64,000 nucleotides of DNA from Candidatus Bathyarchaeota archaeon (GTDB taxonomy: Archaea > Thermoproteota > Bathyarchaeia > Bathyarchaeales > Bathycorpusculaceae): NCBI GenBank assembly GCA_963715865.1, contig OY970280.1, positions 1,440,001 to 1,504,000 of the forward strand, read 5' to 3'. The stretch's first letter is position 1. Each line of letters opens with the position of its first letter. Shown one piece after another: positions 1-9,648 of this stretch. The notes under the pieces are model-generated. The model saw only the letters and a list, made by a program, of their open reading frames with translations. It was not told the DNA's origin and searched no databases. The position numbers and the translations under genes are program-made.

Positions 1-2
1 GA

Positions 3-2069
3 AACATAGGCATAATTGCTCATATTGACCATGGAAAAACCACGCTTGCCGACTCGCTCTTGGCGGGTGCTGGTTTGCTGTCTCCAGTGATGGCTGGTTC
101 AGCTAGGGTGCTTGATTTTCTTGAGGAAGAGCAGAAACGCAAAATCACCATAAAAACAGCCAACATAACCCTGCTCATCAAAAACGAGGGCAACCCGTAC
201 ATTATCAACCTTGTGGATACTCCAGGGCACGTGGATTTCACAGGCAAAGTCACCAGAGCCCTGCGGGTTATTGATGGTGCAGTGGTGGTTGTAGATGCTG
301 TGGAGGAGATTATGGCTCAAACCGAAATTGTAACAAGGCAAGCGCTTGAGGAACGAGTTCAACCAGTACTTTTCATCAACAAGGTTGACCGGCTGATAAC
401 CGAGTTGCAGCTAAACGAGGAGCAAATCCAAAAGAAACTTGACCGCATAATCAGCAGTTTCAATGACCTCATAGAACTTTATGGTGAAGATCCCTTCAAG
501 AGCCAGTGGAAAGTTGGCGCTTCATTGGGCAATGTGGTTTTTGGGGCAGCGTTGCATGGTTGGGGCTTCACGTTAAATATGGCAAAGCAGAAGGGCATAA
601 AGTTTTCAGACATAATAAAAGCTTACGCAAAACGTGAAGAGGAGAAACTGAAAAAAACTCTGCCAGTTTACGAAGCAGTTTTTGAAATGGCAATCAAGAA
701 GATTCCAAATCCACGACAAGCGCAAGCGTACCGAATCGAGAAGATTTGGGATGGGCATATCAACTCGCAGATTGGCAAAGCGCTGGTTAAATGTGGTGAT
801 GATGGGCCAACTGTTTTTTGTGTAACCAACGTGCATTCTGAAGCGAACGGCGGCACTGTTGCCACAGGCAGACTGTTTTCAGGCAAAGTTCAGAAAGGTG
901 ATAGGCTGCATCTTGTCGATGCTTTAGCTGAAACAGTGGTTAATCAAGTCGCTATTGACATGGGCTCATTCAGAGAAGAAGTCAACTCGGTTCCAGCGGG
1001 TAATTTAGCTTCTTTAACTTTGACTGGTACGGTTAAGGCTGGCGAAACCCTCGTTGACTTAGCGCATAAAGAGGGCATGGTTCCTTTTGAAGGCATAAGC
1101 TACGTCTCAGAACCCGTGGTAACTTTGGCAATTGAACCAAAAAACCCCAAGGATATCCCAGTTTTGCTTGAGGGATTGGAGAAACTTGCAAGTGAAGACC
1201 CAAATCTTAAGGTGACGGCGGATAGGGAAACTGGCGAGTACCTGCTAAGCGGGATGGGTGAATTGCATCTAGAAGTCGCCATCAACCAGCTAAAAAGTTG
1301 TTGCGGCTTGGAGGTTGGGGTTTCTTCGCCTAGGGTCGTTTACATGGAAAGCGTTGAGAAAAAGGGAATTGTTGCTCTGGCGAAGAGTCCAAATAAACTG
1401 GATAGTTTTTGGGTGCAGGTTGAGCCTGAGCAAGAGGAACAAGCAAAGCGAACAAAGAAAAGTGAAGAATCAGGCAGTATTCTTTCGGTTGATGAGTATC
1501 GAAACGTGCTTTTAGATTGCAGTGGAAAAACTCAGCAAGTCTCTGAAGAGGTTTTGGAGGCTATTATTGCAGGGTTTGAATTTGCTTGCAAGGCTGGCCC
1601 GTTGTGTGGTGAACCAGTTCGGCATTTGAAGGTGAACTTGGTTGATTTCCAACTAAGCGAGGAATTTAATTCTGTTGAAGTTATGCGTGGAGTGGGCAAG
1701 GCAGTTTTTGGTTCTTTCTTGACGGCTAAGCCTTTTTTGTTGGAGCCTGTTTATAAGACGATTATTTCTGTTGCATCCGAATTGGCAGGTGAAGGCTCAA
1801 GAATATTGAGTAGCAGGCGTGGGAAAGTCAGTTCGTTTGAACAGAAAGGACTTCTAACAGTTATCAGCGGCTTTATTCCAGTTTCTGAAACCTTCGGGTT
1901 CTCAAAGGAACTGCGGTCTGCAACGTCTGGCAGGGCTTTTTGGCAATCTTTTTTTGATCATTGGGAAAAAATGCCCCAAAAATTGGCTTTGCAGGTCATA
2001 AGTGATTTGCGCCAGAGTAAAGGTCTTGCAGCGCAAGTGCCTAAGCCAGAAAAGTTTCTGGAGCAGTAG
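3..2069 (+). CDS. Elongation factor 2 paralogue (aEF-2p-like translational GTPase), 5'-truncated by the window edge
   Basis: Frame is open from position 3 (NIGIIAHIDHGKTTLAD = G1). DTPGH (G3), NKVD (G4), GMGELHLE and a C-terminal EF-G domain V are present. Domain IV lacks the H-E-D-x-x-HRG diphthamide loop. Confidence 0.9.
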   Translation, partial: NIGIIAHIDHGKTTLADSLLAGAGLLSPVMAGSARVLDFLEEEQKRKITIKTANITLLIKNEGNPYIINLVDTPGHVDFTGKVTRALRVIDGAVVVVDAVEEIMAQTEIVTRQALEERVQPVLFINKVDRLITELQLNEEQIQKKLDRIISSFNDLIELYGEDPFKSQWKVGASLGNVVFGAALHGWGFTLNMAKQKGIKFSDIIKAYAKREEEKLKKTLPVYEAVFEMAIKKIPNPRQAQAYRIEKIWDGHINSQIGKALVKCGDDGPTVFCVTNVHSEANGGTVATGRLFSGKVQKGDRLHLVDALAETVVNQVAIDMGSFREEVNSVPAGNLASLTLTGTVKAGETLVDLAHKEGMVPFEGISYVSEPVVTLAIEPKNPKDIPVLLEGLEKLASEDPNLKVTADRETGEYLLSGMGELHLEVAINQLKSCCGLEVGVSSPRVVYMESVEKKGIVALAKSPNKLDSFWVQVEPEQEEQAKRTKKSEESGSILSVDEYRNVLLDCSGKTQQVSEEVLEAIIAGFEFACKAGPLCGEPVRHLKVNLVDFQLSEEFNSVEVMRGVGKAVFGSFLTAKPFLLEPVYKTIISVASELAGEGSRILSSRRGKVSSFEQKGLLTVISGFIPVSETFGFSKELRSATSGRAFWQSFFDHWEKMPQKLALQVISDLRQSKGLAAQVPKPEKFLEQ

Positions 2070-2074
2070 CATCT

Positions 2075-2935
2075 ATGCGGCTTGATGTTTCGTTTGATTT
2101 GGATTTTTCGCTTTGTTGTGGGCAGGTTTTCAGGTGGAAGAAGATCGGCGGATGGTGGTATGGCGTTGTCGGCGAAAGCGTGTTTAAGATTCGCCAACTT
2201 GGCGCTGAGTTGGATTTTGAGAACGTAAGCGAGAAGTTTGTGACATGTTATTTTGGTTTAAATGATGATTTGGAACAAATCAGTTGTTGCATTGGCAGGG
2301 ATGATTACATCAGGAAGGCTTTGCGCAGGTTTGTGGGGTTGCGGATTGTTCGGCAGGATCCTTGGGAATGCCTTATCAGCTTTATCTGCGCAACCTACAA
2401 GAGTATTGCCGCTATCGAACTGATGCTTAGTAAGCTTTCCTTGAAGTTTGGGGAAAGGAAGATTTTTGACGGATTAGATTTTTACACTTTCCCAACCGAT
2501 GGCAAACTGGCTTTTGCAAGCGAGAACGGATTGCGAGAGTGCGGTTTAGGCTACAGGGCGAAGTACGTGCAGGCAACAGCCAAAAAAATCTACGAGAGCA
2601 AAATTGAACTTGAAAGCTTGAAGACCCTGCCCTATCTAGAAGCTAGGAAAACGCTTGTTGAGTTTCCAGGGGTTGGCTTAAAAGTGGCTGATTGCGTGCT
2701 GCTGTTTTCGCTTGAAAAACTGGAAGCTTTCCCAGTGGACGTTTGGGTTAAACGTGTAATCCTGAACCATTATGCAAACCTGTTTCCAGAAGCCCTTGTA
2801 AAAAAATTATCAGCCCACGAATCCCTAAGCAACAGCGAATACGAAAAGCTTAACGCTTTTGGCAGAAGCTATTTTGGAAAATACGCTGGTTACGCTCAAG
2901 AATATCTATATCATTACGAAAGAACACAGCGTTGA
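2075..2935 (+). CDS. ogg: 8-oxoguanine DNA glycosylase/AP lyase (OGG1-type, HhH-GPD)
   Basis: OGG_N-like start (CGQVFRW), QDPWECLISFI, HhH motif FPGVGLKVADC, FPVDVWV, C-terminal YAGYAQEYLY. Confidence 0.9.
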   Translation: MRLDVSFDLDFSLCCGQVFRWKKIGGWWYGVVGESVFKIRQLGAELDFENVSEKFVTCYFGLNDDLEQISCCIGRDDYIRKALRRFVGLRIVRQDPWECLISFICATYKSIAAIELMLSKLSLKFGERKIFDGLDFYTFPTDGKLAFASENGLRECGLGYRAKYVQATAKKIYESKIELESLKTLPYLEARKTLVEFPGVGLKVADCVLLFSLEKLEAFPVDVWVKRVILNHYANLFPEALVKKLSAHESLSNSEYEKLNAFGRSYFGKYAGYAQEYLYHYERTQR

Positions 2936-3014
2936 ACCGTTCGGTTGCTTAGTGAAAATGTCGGAAAATGTTTAAATCTGGTATGAAACGCAATATTAAG
3001 GAGAATAGCATGGC

Positions 3015-3116
3015 GGGCCCGTAGCTCAGTCAGGTCAGAGCGCCAGGCTCATAAGCTCCTAAACAGGGGAATGAGAAACCTGTTGGTCGGGAGTCCGAAT
3101 CTCCCCGGGCCCACCA
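3015..3116 (+). tRNA. tRNA with CAU anticodon, most likely tRNA-Ile2(CAU), with a 24-nt intron at canonical 37/38 (3054-3077) and encoded CCA
   Basis: Acceptor stem GGGCCCG/CGGGCCC, D-arm GCTC/GAGC, anticodon loop CT-CAT-A, intron ATGAG pairing with CTCAT (BHB-type), T-stem GGGAG/CTCCC. The GGGCCC acceptor is typical of archaeal Ile rather than Met tRNAs. Confidence 0.88.
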
Positions 3117-3140
3117 CTACGCATTAGAGAGCTATTACGC

Positions 3141-3653
3141 ATGGGTGAAGCTAACTCGCAAGCAAATTACGCTTACCAGATGGTTAAATTTGTTAAAAAC
3201 CATCAGTTATCAATCGGGCTATTGCTGACTATTTTCGGGGTAGCTGACTTATGGTTTATTATGCCAAACATTTGGAGCAGCGCAGCAAATTGGCAGGGCT
3301 TCTACTTTTTAATGCCCCAGTGGAGTGTTACTATTCCTTTCCTTTTCATAATAAGCCTCATCGGAATCATAATATTATGCGTGTATAGCATAAGGGACAT
3401 ACAACCGGAAAAAACGGATAATAAAGAACACACCGCAATACTAGTAACAGCTCTCGGATTCACCTATCAAGTGATTGGAGCATGGCCTCTATGGAATCAA
3501 CTATATCCATGGCCATGGCAACAAGAAATCGCAAAATATGGGAATCTTCTTGTCTTGCCACTTTTCATCGGTAGCCTCTTAGCACTAATAATCGGAGCCG
3601 CCTCACTATACATTCACAGCAAAATAAACCATGAAAAACACCCTGAACTTTAA
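3141..3653 (+). CDS. Hypothetical integral membrane protein (about 4 TM helices)
   Basis: 170-aa ORF with four hydrophobic segments; no family recognised. Confidence 0.65.
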   Translation: MGEANSQANYAYQMVKFVKNHQLSIGLLLTIFGVADLWFIMPNIWSSAANWQGFYFLMPQWSVTIPFLFIISLIGIIILCVYSIRDIQPEKTDNKEHTAILVTALGFTYQVIGAWPLWNQLYPWPWQQEIAKYGNLLVLPLFIGSLLALIIGAASLYIHSKINHEKHPEL

Positions 3654-3714
3654 AACGAAAAACGTAAAGCAACACTAGTTATCAAACATGCAACTCTTAT
3701 CCTAAAAAACAGAA

Positions 3715-3749
3715 TACCACGTACATCCTAAGCCTTAATGTACGTAGTA
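3715..3749. repeat. Inverted pair of the TACTACGTACA-type motif (TACCACGTACATCCTAAG ... CTTAATGTACGTAGTA)
   Basis: 3715-3732 is a 17/18 match to the reverse complement of CTTAGGATGTACGTAGTA found twice at 34780 and 34824. Lies between convergent gene ends. Confidence 0.75.
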
Positions 3750-3792
3750 ATCAATCGGAATTTTCTGTGTAAGCTTATTCTTAGTGTATAGT

Positions 3793-4548
3793 TTAACTTG
3801 ATGGTTGTTTAGTGAGTGCTGGAATTTTCCACAGCCTATTGAATAGTACTGTACCGATTATCCATGCCAGTGCTATTCCTGCGATTTCGTCTGCGATATA
3901 GTGCTGTTTAATGAACAATGCTGATAGAATTACGCCTGCGGCAATAACGAGTGCTGCAACCGTCACTGCTTTAGTGATTTTGCCTGGCTTAATTTTCGCA
4001 TATTGGAACCATGTGAAGAAGCAAATCGTTGATACGGCTGCGTGCAAGCTGGGGAAGCAGTTGAAAGAAGTGTCGCCTGCGAATACATTGTATACTTGGG
4101 TTGCCCAAAAGTTGCCCACCATTGGATTAGCTAGGAGGTTTTGACGGTACCAATATGTTGAAACTGGGAAAACGATGTAAATCAGTACAGCGATGGCGTT
4201 TATTGCGACCAGTGACCAGCCTAACGCGTAACCCTTTCTGTATTCAACGAAAGCGAAGTAAAGCATGGTCAGAATAACCAGCGGATAGAACAGGTAAACA
4301 TAAAAGATTACCATTTGAGGCACAAAGGGGATTGCGTTATCTAAGCCAGTGTCTAATCGGAAGCCTGAGCCAGCAGGGTACAATTGCCCAGTCCAGTCAT
4401 ACGTAAAATTGTTAAGCAACAGGTAAAACAGCACAAGCATCAAAACAACATTGCCAATTACAAAGGTTAGATACACGCTTTTTCTGCTGGATTTGCCATG
4501 GAAGAACGTTTTTTCAAATGCGGTTTGGAATCTGTCGTGAAGCCCCAA
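3793..4548 (-). CDS. PAP2-superfamily membrane phosphatase/phosphotransferase (Aur1/Ipt1-like)
   Basis: Motifs FNCFPSLHAA and QHYIADEIAG; multiple TM helices. Confidence 0.85.
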   Translation of the reverse strand: MGLHDRFQTAFEKTFFHGKSSRKSVYLTFVIGNVVLMLVLFYLLLNNFTYDWTGQLYPAGSGFRLDTGLDNAIPFVPQMVIFYVYLFYPLVILTMLYFAFVEYRKGYALGWSLVAINAIAVLIYIVFPVSTYWYRQNLLANPMVGNFWATQVYNVFAGDTSFNCFPSLHAAVSTICFFTWFQYAKIKPGKITKAVTVAALVIAAGVILSALFIKQHYIADEIAGIALAWIIGTVLFNRLWKIPALTKQPSS

Positions 4549-4634
4549 GACTGGCGTTCCCCTTAGGCACGGCTTATGTTAAGGCTAAATATAAAAACGT
4601 AATTATGCTTGAAACTGCAAGCGTTTTAGGAAAT

Positions 4635-5117
4635 TTAACTTGGGTTTAACTTTAAAACTAACGCTGCAACCCTTTTTCCGAGTTTCTCGCATTCTGCAAG
4701 GTCTCTTTTCTTAGGTGCACCCGTGACGGCGACGCCGTAATGCTTATCGTCTGCTCTGCCTTGAACAATCATCCCGTGAATAAGCATCGCCTGCACAATG
4801 GACAGCAACGTGGTTTCGGCACCTGAAGCTGTTCCGCCGCTGCTTGTGAAGGCGCCGCCAACTTTGCCTGTTAGTTCTTTATGAACTTTCACCGACTCGT
4901 CAATGAGCGCTTTAAGTTTGGCGGACATTTGCCCAAAATACGTTGGCGACCCCATAATTATGCCGTCCGCAGCAAGAAGGTCGCTGTTTTTTGTTTCCTC
5001 AGCCCTCTTCACCGTAATCTCCAAATCGCCTGCTTGTTCAGCGCCTTTTGCCACAGCTAAAGCCATAGTTTCAGTGTTACCAGAATTTGAATCATAAACA
5101 ACCAAAATCTTAGGCAT
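4635..5117 (-). CDS. Flavodoxin-fold NAD(P)H:quinone oxidoreductase (WrbA family)
   Basis: YDSNSGNTETMA FMN-binding loop, GSPTYFG, GGAFTSSG. Confidence 0.88.
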   Translation of the reverse strand: MPKILVVYDSNSGNTETMALAVAKGAEQAGDLEITVKRAEETKNSDLLAADGIIMGSPTYFGQMSAKLKALIDESVKVHKELTGKVGGAFTSSGGTASGAETTLLSIVQAMLIHGMIVQGRADDKHYGVAVTGAPKKRDLAECEKLGKRVAALVLKLNPS

Positions 5118-5124
5118 AACTTTT

Positions 5125-5712
5125 TCACCTTACAATTTCCCTGATTATTTCATCAACCATCATTATCTTAGCATTATAAACATATTCCAGGTATTTTAGA
5201 CCCTGTTCCTGATCCTCTTGGGTGAATGCTTCTACTCCGTCTTTAGCGATAACTATGTGGTATCCTCTGAAGAAAGCGTCAGCAGCCGTATGGCGCACGC
5301 ACATATGTGTATGCAAACCTCCGAGCACCACTGTTTTTACGCCTTCACCCTTGTAAAGGCTCCGCAGAAGCGGATCTAGGCCTGTCTCGTAGAAGCCGCT
5401 GTAAGTTCGCTTCTCCACAATGTAATCCTTGGCTTTGTCAGGCTCAAGTTCAGGAATAACCTGCGCACCCAGTGTGCCTTTTATGGCGTGGTTACCCCAT
5501 TTTCGCGTAACCTCAACGTCCTGAGGGTAATGAGCATCATTACTGTAGATAACTGGGACGTCGTTTTTGCGTGCCGCAGTAACAAGCCTTTGCAGCGGCG
5601 AGATGATAGTTTTTGCACGCTTAACTTCAAGCGCTCCGGTGACGAAGTCATTTAACATGTCAACGAGTATAATGACTGGTCTATCCAAAACGTTCACTCT
5701 CAACAAAAACAA
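5125..5712 (-). CDS. Isochorismatase-family cysteine hydrolase (nicotinamidase-like)
   Basis: VDMLNDF, EKRTYSGF, HMCVRHTAADA catalytic Cys motif. Exact start uncertain. Confidence 0.88.
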   Translation of the reverse strand: MFLLRVNVLDRPVIILVDMLNDFVTGALEVKRAKTIISPLQRLVTAARKNDVPVIYSNDAHYPQDVEVTRKWGNHAIKGTLGAQVIPELEPDKAKDYIVEKRTYSGFYETGLDPLLRSLYKGEGVKTVVLGGLHTHMCVRHTAADAFFRGYHIVIAKDGVEAFTQEDQEQGLKYLEYVYNAKIMMVDEIIREIVR

Positions 5713-5742
5713 ATCATGTTTTACAGTCTATTTAGTTTTGCC

Positions 5743-6816
5743 TTAGGGTGCGGTTGCCAAAGTGTAAGGTCCAACGGTGAGTTTCTCAGCGCCATTCTGA
5801 GTGATTAAAACGGTGTCTTCTATTCTAACTCCGCCGTAACCTGGTAGGTAAATTCCAGGCTCATCCGTCACCACATTGCCAGCAGCTAGCACATCTTTGC
5901 TGTCAGGGCTCAAGATGGGCGCCTCATGAATCTCTAAGCCTACGCCGTGTCCAAGGTTGTGAACGAAAAACTCGCCATAACCAGCCGCTTCAATTACCTG
6001 CCTAGCTGCAGCATCAACTTCTCTTGCTGAAATGTTGGGTTTTATGGTTTCGAAGGCTTTTTGATGCGCAAGTTTGACGGTTTCATAGATTTTTCTCTGT
6101 TTTTCAGAAGACTTCCCAGCTGTGAAGGTTCGGGTCATGTCTGAGCGGTAAAACTCGTAGGTAGCGCCTAAATCAACCACCACTAAGTCGCCTTCACGAA
6201 TTATTCTGTTTGAGCAAGCGCCATGGGGAAAAGCCGAGTTGGCTCCTGAAGCAATTATTGTGTCAAAGCCTGTTCCGTCTGAACCTTTCTTGCGCATGGC
6301 ATACTCAACTTCAGCTGCTACTTCCTTCTCTTTTATGCCTGGCTTGATGGTTTCAAACGCTACTCGCATACCTTCACTTGTCAAATTGCAGGCTTTGCGT
6401 ACAAGTTCGATTTCTTGTCGGTCTTTGATTTTGCGCATTTCCCGAATTAGATTGCTGGCAGGTTCGAGTTTTTCTTCTCCATCGACTGATTTGGCAAGGG
6501 CACGCCAACTTTCAATGGGCAGTATGTCCACAGCGAACTTGTCTCGTTTGTTGTGGGTTGTGTGGTTGGCGATTTTTTCCATTAGGTTTTCTTCCCGTTT
6601 TAAAAGTTCTACTGTTAAGCCGCTGGTTTCTGCTTTTGCCTGCTCATAATTGACTGCCGAAACGTATAGTATGCTTTCGCCTTGTTCGGGGATCAGCAGT
6701 GCGGTTGCTCCGGAGAAGCCTGTGAAGTAGGTTAAGTTGGCGCTGTTAAAAATTAGGAAATAATCAAACTTATCTTCTTTAAACGCTGATTGCTTTAGGG
6801 CGCTTATTCTGTTCAA
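5743..6816 (-). CDS. pepQ: Xaa-Pro aminopeptidase/dipeptidase (M24B)
   Basis: Creatinase-like N-terminal domain; metal ligands in VDLG, SDMTRT, HNLGHGVGLEIHE, EPGIY, GVRIED. Confidence 0.92.
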   Translation of the reverse strand: MNRISALKQSAFKEDKFDYFLIFNSANLTYFTGFSGATALLIPEQGESILYVSAVNYEQAKAETSGLTVELLKREENLMEKIANHTTHNKRDKFAVDILPIESWRALAKSVDGEEKLEPASNLIREMRKIKDRQEIELVRKACNLTSEGMRVAFETIKPGIKEKEVAAEVEYAMRKKGSDGTGFDTIIASGANSAFPHGACSNRIIREGDLVVVDLGATYEFYRSDMTRTFTAGKSSEKQRKIYETVKLAHQKAFETIKPNISAREVDAAARQVIEAAGYGEFFVHNLGHGVGLEIHEAPILSPDSKDVLAAGNVVTDEPGIYLPGYGGVRIEDTVLITQNGAEKLTVGPYTLATAP

Positions 6817-6981
6817 GGTTTTCGCCTGTTAGGAAAAGGAGATGTTTTTTGGTCGGTTTAAGTTTTCGCTTTCCTTTTTGCGTTATGTATTAAAAAACAG
6901 GTCGATTCTAAACGTGAAATTTTAAACAAATCAGCCATTAACTTAATATACTTTTCAATTGACTTCCCTAAACAATAAGAA

Positions 6982-8868
6982 ATGAGGGGAAAAAGCATGT
7001 TTGCTTACGCAGGAAAAATTTTACATGTTAACCTCACAACCGGAGAAATGAAAACAGAGCCATTAACAGAAGAAATGGCTAAACAATACATCGGCGGAAT
7101 AGGATTAGGCATACGCTTACTTATGGACAATTCAAAACCAGGCACAGACGCCTTTGACCCAGATAACCCGTTAATCTACTGCGCTGGTCCACTCAGCGGC
7201 ACCATGGGTCCAACAGCCGGAAACGGTTACGCTGTTGTATCCAAATCACCTGCCACTGGAGGAGTAGGCGAAGGCAAAGCACACGGTTTCTTTGGCCCAG
7301 ACCTAAAACGTGCAGGATACGACGCAGTTATCATCACTGGCAAAGCACCCAAACTCTCTTACTTGTGGATCGACGATGACAAAGTTGAAATCCGAAACGC
7401 TGAACACCTAAAAGGCGCTACACCTAACGATACCGACCATAAAATCCGAGATGAACTCGGCGACTTTTACATCCGTGTTTCAGCCATCGGTGAAGCCGGC
7501 GAAAAACTTTGCCGTTTTGCGGCAATCATAAATGACGAGTTCCGTGCCATTGGAAGAAGCGGCATGGGCGCAGTCATGGGCTCCAAAAACCTCAAGGCAG
7601 TTGCTGTCCGCGGAACACACGACGTTAACGTGGCAAACCTTGAGGGATTTAAAGAATTTATCAAAATGATTCATGAACGCATGAAGGGTCCAGCAACCAA
7701 GAAATACAAAACATTGGGAACACCCGAGAACGTTCTTGTCCTCAATTCACTTTTTGCGTTAGCTACAAGGAACTTTACTAATGCCAGTTTTGAGGGCGCA
7801 GACAAAGTTAGTGGTGAACACTTAAACGAGCATTATGTTAAGAAAATTGTTGGTTGCGCAACCTGCGGCATGCGTTGTGACCACATTGCTGTTGTTCCAG
7901 AAGGACCATACAAGGGTTCAACTTCAAGGCTTGAGTTCGAATGCCTCTGGAGCATGGGACCATTATGCGGTATTGACCGATTAGACGCTATCATCGAAGC
8001 TATGCGAATCGTTAACGAGTATGGCATGGACGGCATATCCATCGGCGTCGTCGTCGCATTCGCCATGGACCTCTATGAGCACGGCATAATTACAAAGGAA
8101 CAAACTGACGGAATTGACCTTCGCTTCGGAAATGCTGAAGCATTAATCGCCATAATCCACAAGATTGGTAAGCGTGAAGGCTGGCTTGGCAATATACTCG
8201 CTGAAGGTGTTGCGAAAGCTGCTGAATTAATCGGCGGAGACGCATACAAGTATGCTTGCCACATTAAAGGCTTAGAACTTCCAGGCTATGACCTTAGAAC
8301 GCTAAAGACTGCGGCACTTGGCTTTAGTGTCTCGTTCCGTGGTGCATGCCACCTAAGAAACGGTGCCTACTCGCCCGACGTGAAGGGCAAGGTGAACCGT
8401 TTCAAGATTGAGAAAGGCAGGGGCAAAATGATTGCGGACGAAGGCAACATGTACAACATCATTGACTCACTTATCGTTTGCAAGTTCAGCAGAGGCACAT
8501 ACTACGACGGTTGGAAGGACTTGGCAAACTATTACACATTAGCCACAGGCATACCGATGACTCCCGAAGAAATGACTAAAGACGGCGAACGCATCGAAAA
8601 CCTCGCAAGACTCTTCAACATCCGAGAAGGCAAAGGCACACGCAAATACGACGATGTACCATACAAGATAAAGAATTATCCAGTTCCAGACGAAGGAGTA
8701 GCCAAAGGCGCTTGTGTCAACGACGAAGAAATGGCAATAGGCTTAGACGATTACTACGCAGTCCGCGGATGGACAGCAAACGGCGTTCCAACAGTTGAGA
8801 AACTCAAAGCGCTAGGCCTCGACGACTTAGCATATATTGCTGAGAAAGCAACTGCAGGAGGCGCATAG
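6982..8868 (+). CDS. aor: Tungsten-dependent aldehyde:ferredoxin oxidoreductase family protein
   Basis: GRSGMGAVMGSKNLKA, CATCGMRC (4Fe-4S), RGACHL, DSLIVCKF, YYAVRGW. Confidence 0.92.
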   Translation: MRGKSMFAYAGKILHVNLTTGEMKTEPLTEEMAKQYIGGIGLGIRLLMDNSKPGTDAFDPDNPLIYCAGPLSGTMGPTAGNGYAVVSKSPATGGVGEGKAHGFFGPDLKRAGYDAVIITGKAPKLSYLWIDDDKVEIRNAEHLKGATPNDTDHKIRDELGDFYIRVSAIGEAGEKLCRFAAIINDEFRAIGRSGMGAVMGSKNLKAVAVRGTHDVNVANLEGFKEFIKMIHERMKGPATKKYKTLGTPENVLVLNSLFALATRNFTNASFEGADKVSGEHLNEHYVKKIVGCATCGMRCDHIAVVPEGPYKGSTSRLEFECLWSMGPLCGIDRLDAIIEAMRIVNEYGMDGISIGVVVAFAMDLYEHGIITKEQTDGIDLRFGNAEALIAIIHKIGKREGWLGNILAEGVAKAAELIGGDAYKYACHIKGLELPGYDLRTLKTAALGFSVSFRGACHLRNGAYSPDVKGKVNRFKIEKGRGKMIADEGNMYNIIDSLIVCKFSRGTYYDGWKDLANYYTLATGIPMTPEEMTKDGERIENLARLFNIREGKGTRKYDDVPYKIKNYPVPDEGVAKGACVNDEEMAIGLDDYYAVRGWTANGVPTVEKLKALGLDDLAYIAEKATAGGA

Positions 8869-8871
8869 AAA

Positions 8872-9381
8872 ATGGTGCGACCACAGGACAGAAAATTCGT
8901 AACAGCAGACCCAGAGAAATGCATAGGCTGCTGTACCTGCGAGTACGCTTGCTCGATGGTTAACGAGAAAACCTTCAACCCGACTAAATCACGAATTCGC
9001 GCTATGCGCATGGGACCACTCGTGAACCTTGCTATCACCTGCAGGCACTGCGAGGAACCAGCATGCGTAGCCGCGTGCCCAAGAGACGCACTCTCACAAG
9101 AAGAGAACACTGGAATAATCCGCGTTGACGAGAACGCTTGCAACGGTTGCGGATGGTGCATCAGCGCATGCCAATTCGGCGCCATGAACATGCATCCCGA
9201 AAAGAAAGTCGTGTTCACATGCAACAGCTGCACAGACAACGAAACAAAAGAGCCGCAATGCGTCAAATGGTGCCCAGAAGAAGCATTAACATACGTTACC
9301 GCTGAAACATTGGCGCAGAAGTACAGGCAGAAAGCTGTCAAGAACCTGTTCCAAACAGCAGAAGCCAACAAACCAAAATAA
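8872..9381 (+). CDS. 4Fe-4S dicluster protein (electron-transfer subunit of the AOR)
   Basis: Four Cys clusters: CIGCCTCEYAC, CRHCEEPACVAACP, CNGCGWCISACQ, CNSC...CVKWCP. Starts 3 nt after aor. Confidence 0.92.
   Translation: MVRPQDRKFVTADPEKCIGCCTCEYACSMVNEKTFNPTKSRIRAMRMGPLVNLAITCRHCEEPACVAACPRDALSQEENTGIIRVDENACNGCGWCISACQFGAMNMHPEKKVVFTCNSCTDNETKEPQCVKWCPEEALTYVTAETLAQKYRQKAVKNLFQTAEANKPK
9281..9347 (+). repeat. 67-bp direct repeat, copy A (3' part of the ferredoxin gene)
   Basis: 64/67 identical to 12515-12581. Confidence 0.95.
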
Positions 9382-9648
9382 GCATCAATATCCATTAGCG
9401 CTTTTTTTAGCGCTTCCTCTTTTTAGCTCATTTTCCGATATTGAATTCGTCTAGAGAATCTTCTCTTTTAGCAACCTAATTCGGACTTTCCGAACTATGG
9501 TTTTAACTATTTGTTTGAGCCAAGCCTTTTGCTGAAAAAGCGGTGATTATTTTACATACTGCCTAAAAAGGTTAATGGTAGCTTGCGCAAGTTTTATTAA
9601 TAAAGTCCTAACACAATTAGTTTTATCAATTTTTAGGAGAAAAGAAAA

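Noticed and set aside
8754-9395. 213-aa minus-strand ORF and other long antisense ORFs (e.g. 42697, 49266, 51375)
   Set aside because: They are shadows of well-supported genes on the opposite strand.
9478-9498. AATTCGGA-CTT-TCCGAA palindrome sharing words with the att arms
   Set aside because: The match is short, the arm order is reversed and the att core is absent. More likely chance or a local operator.
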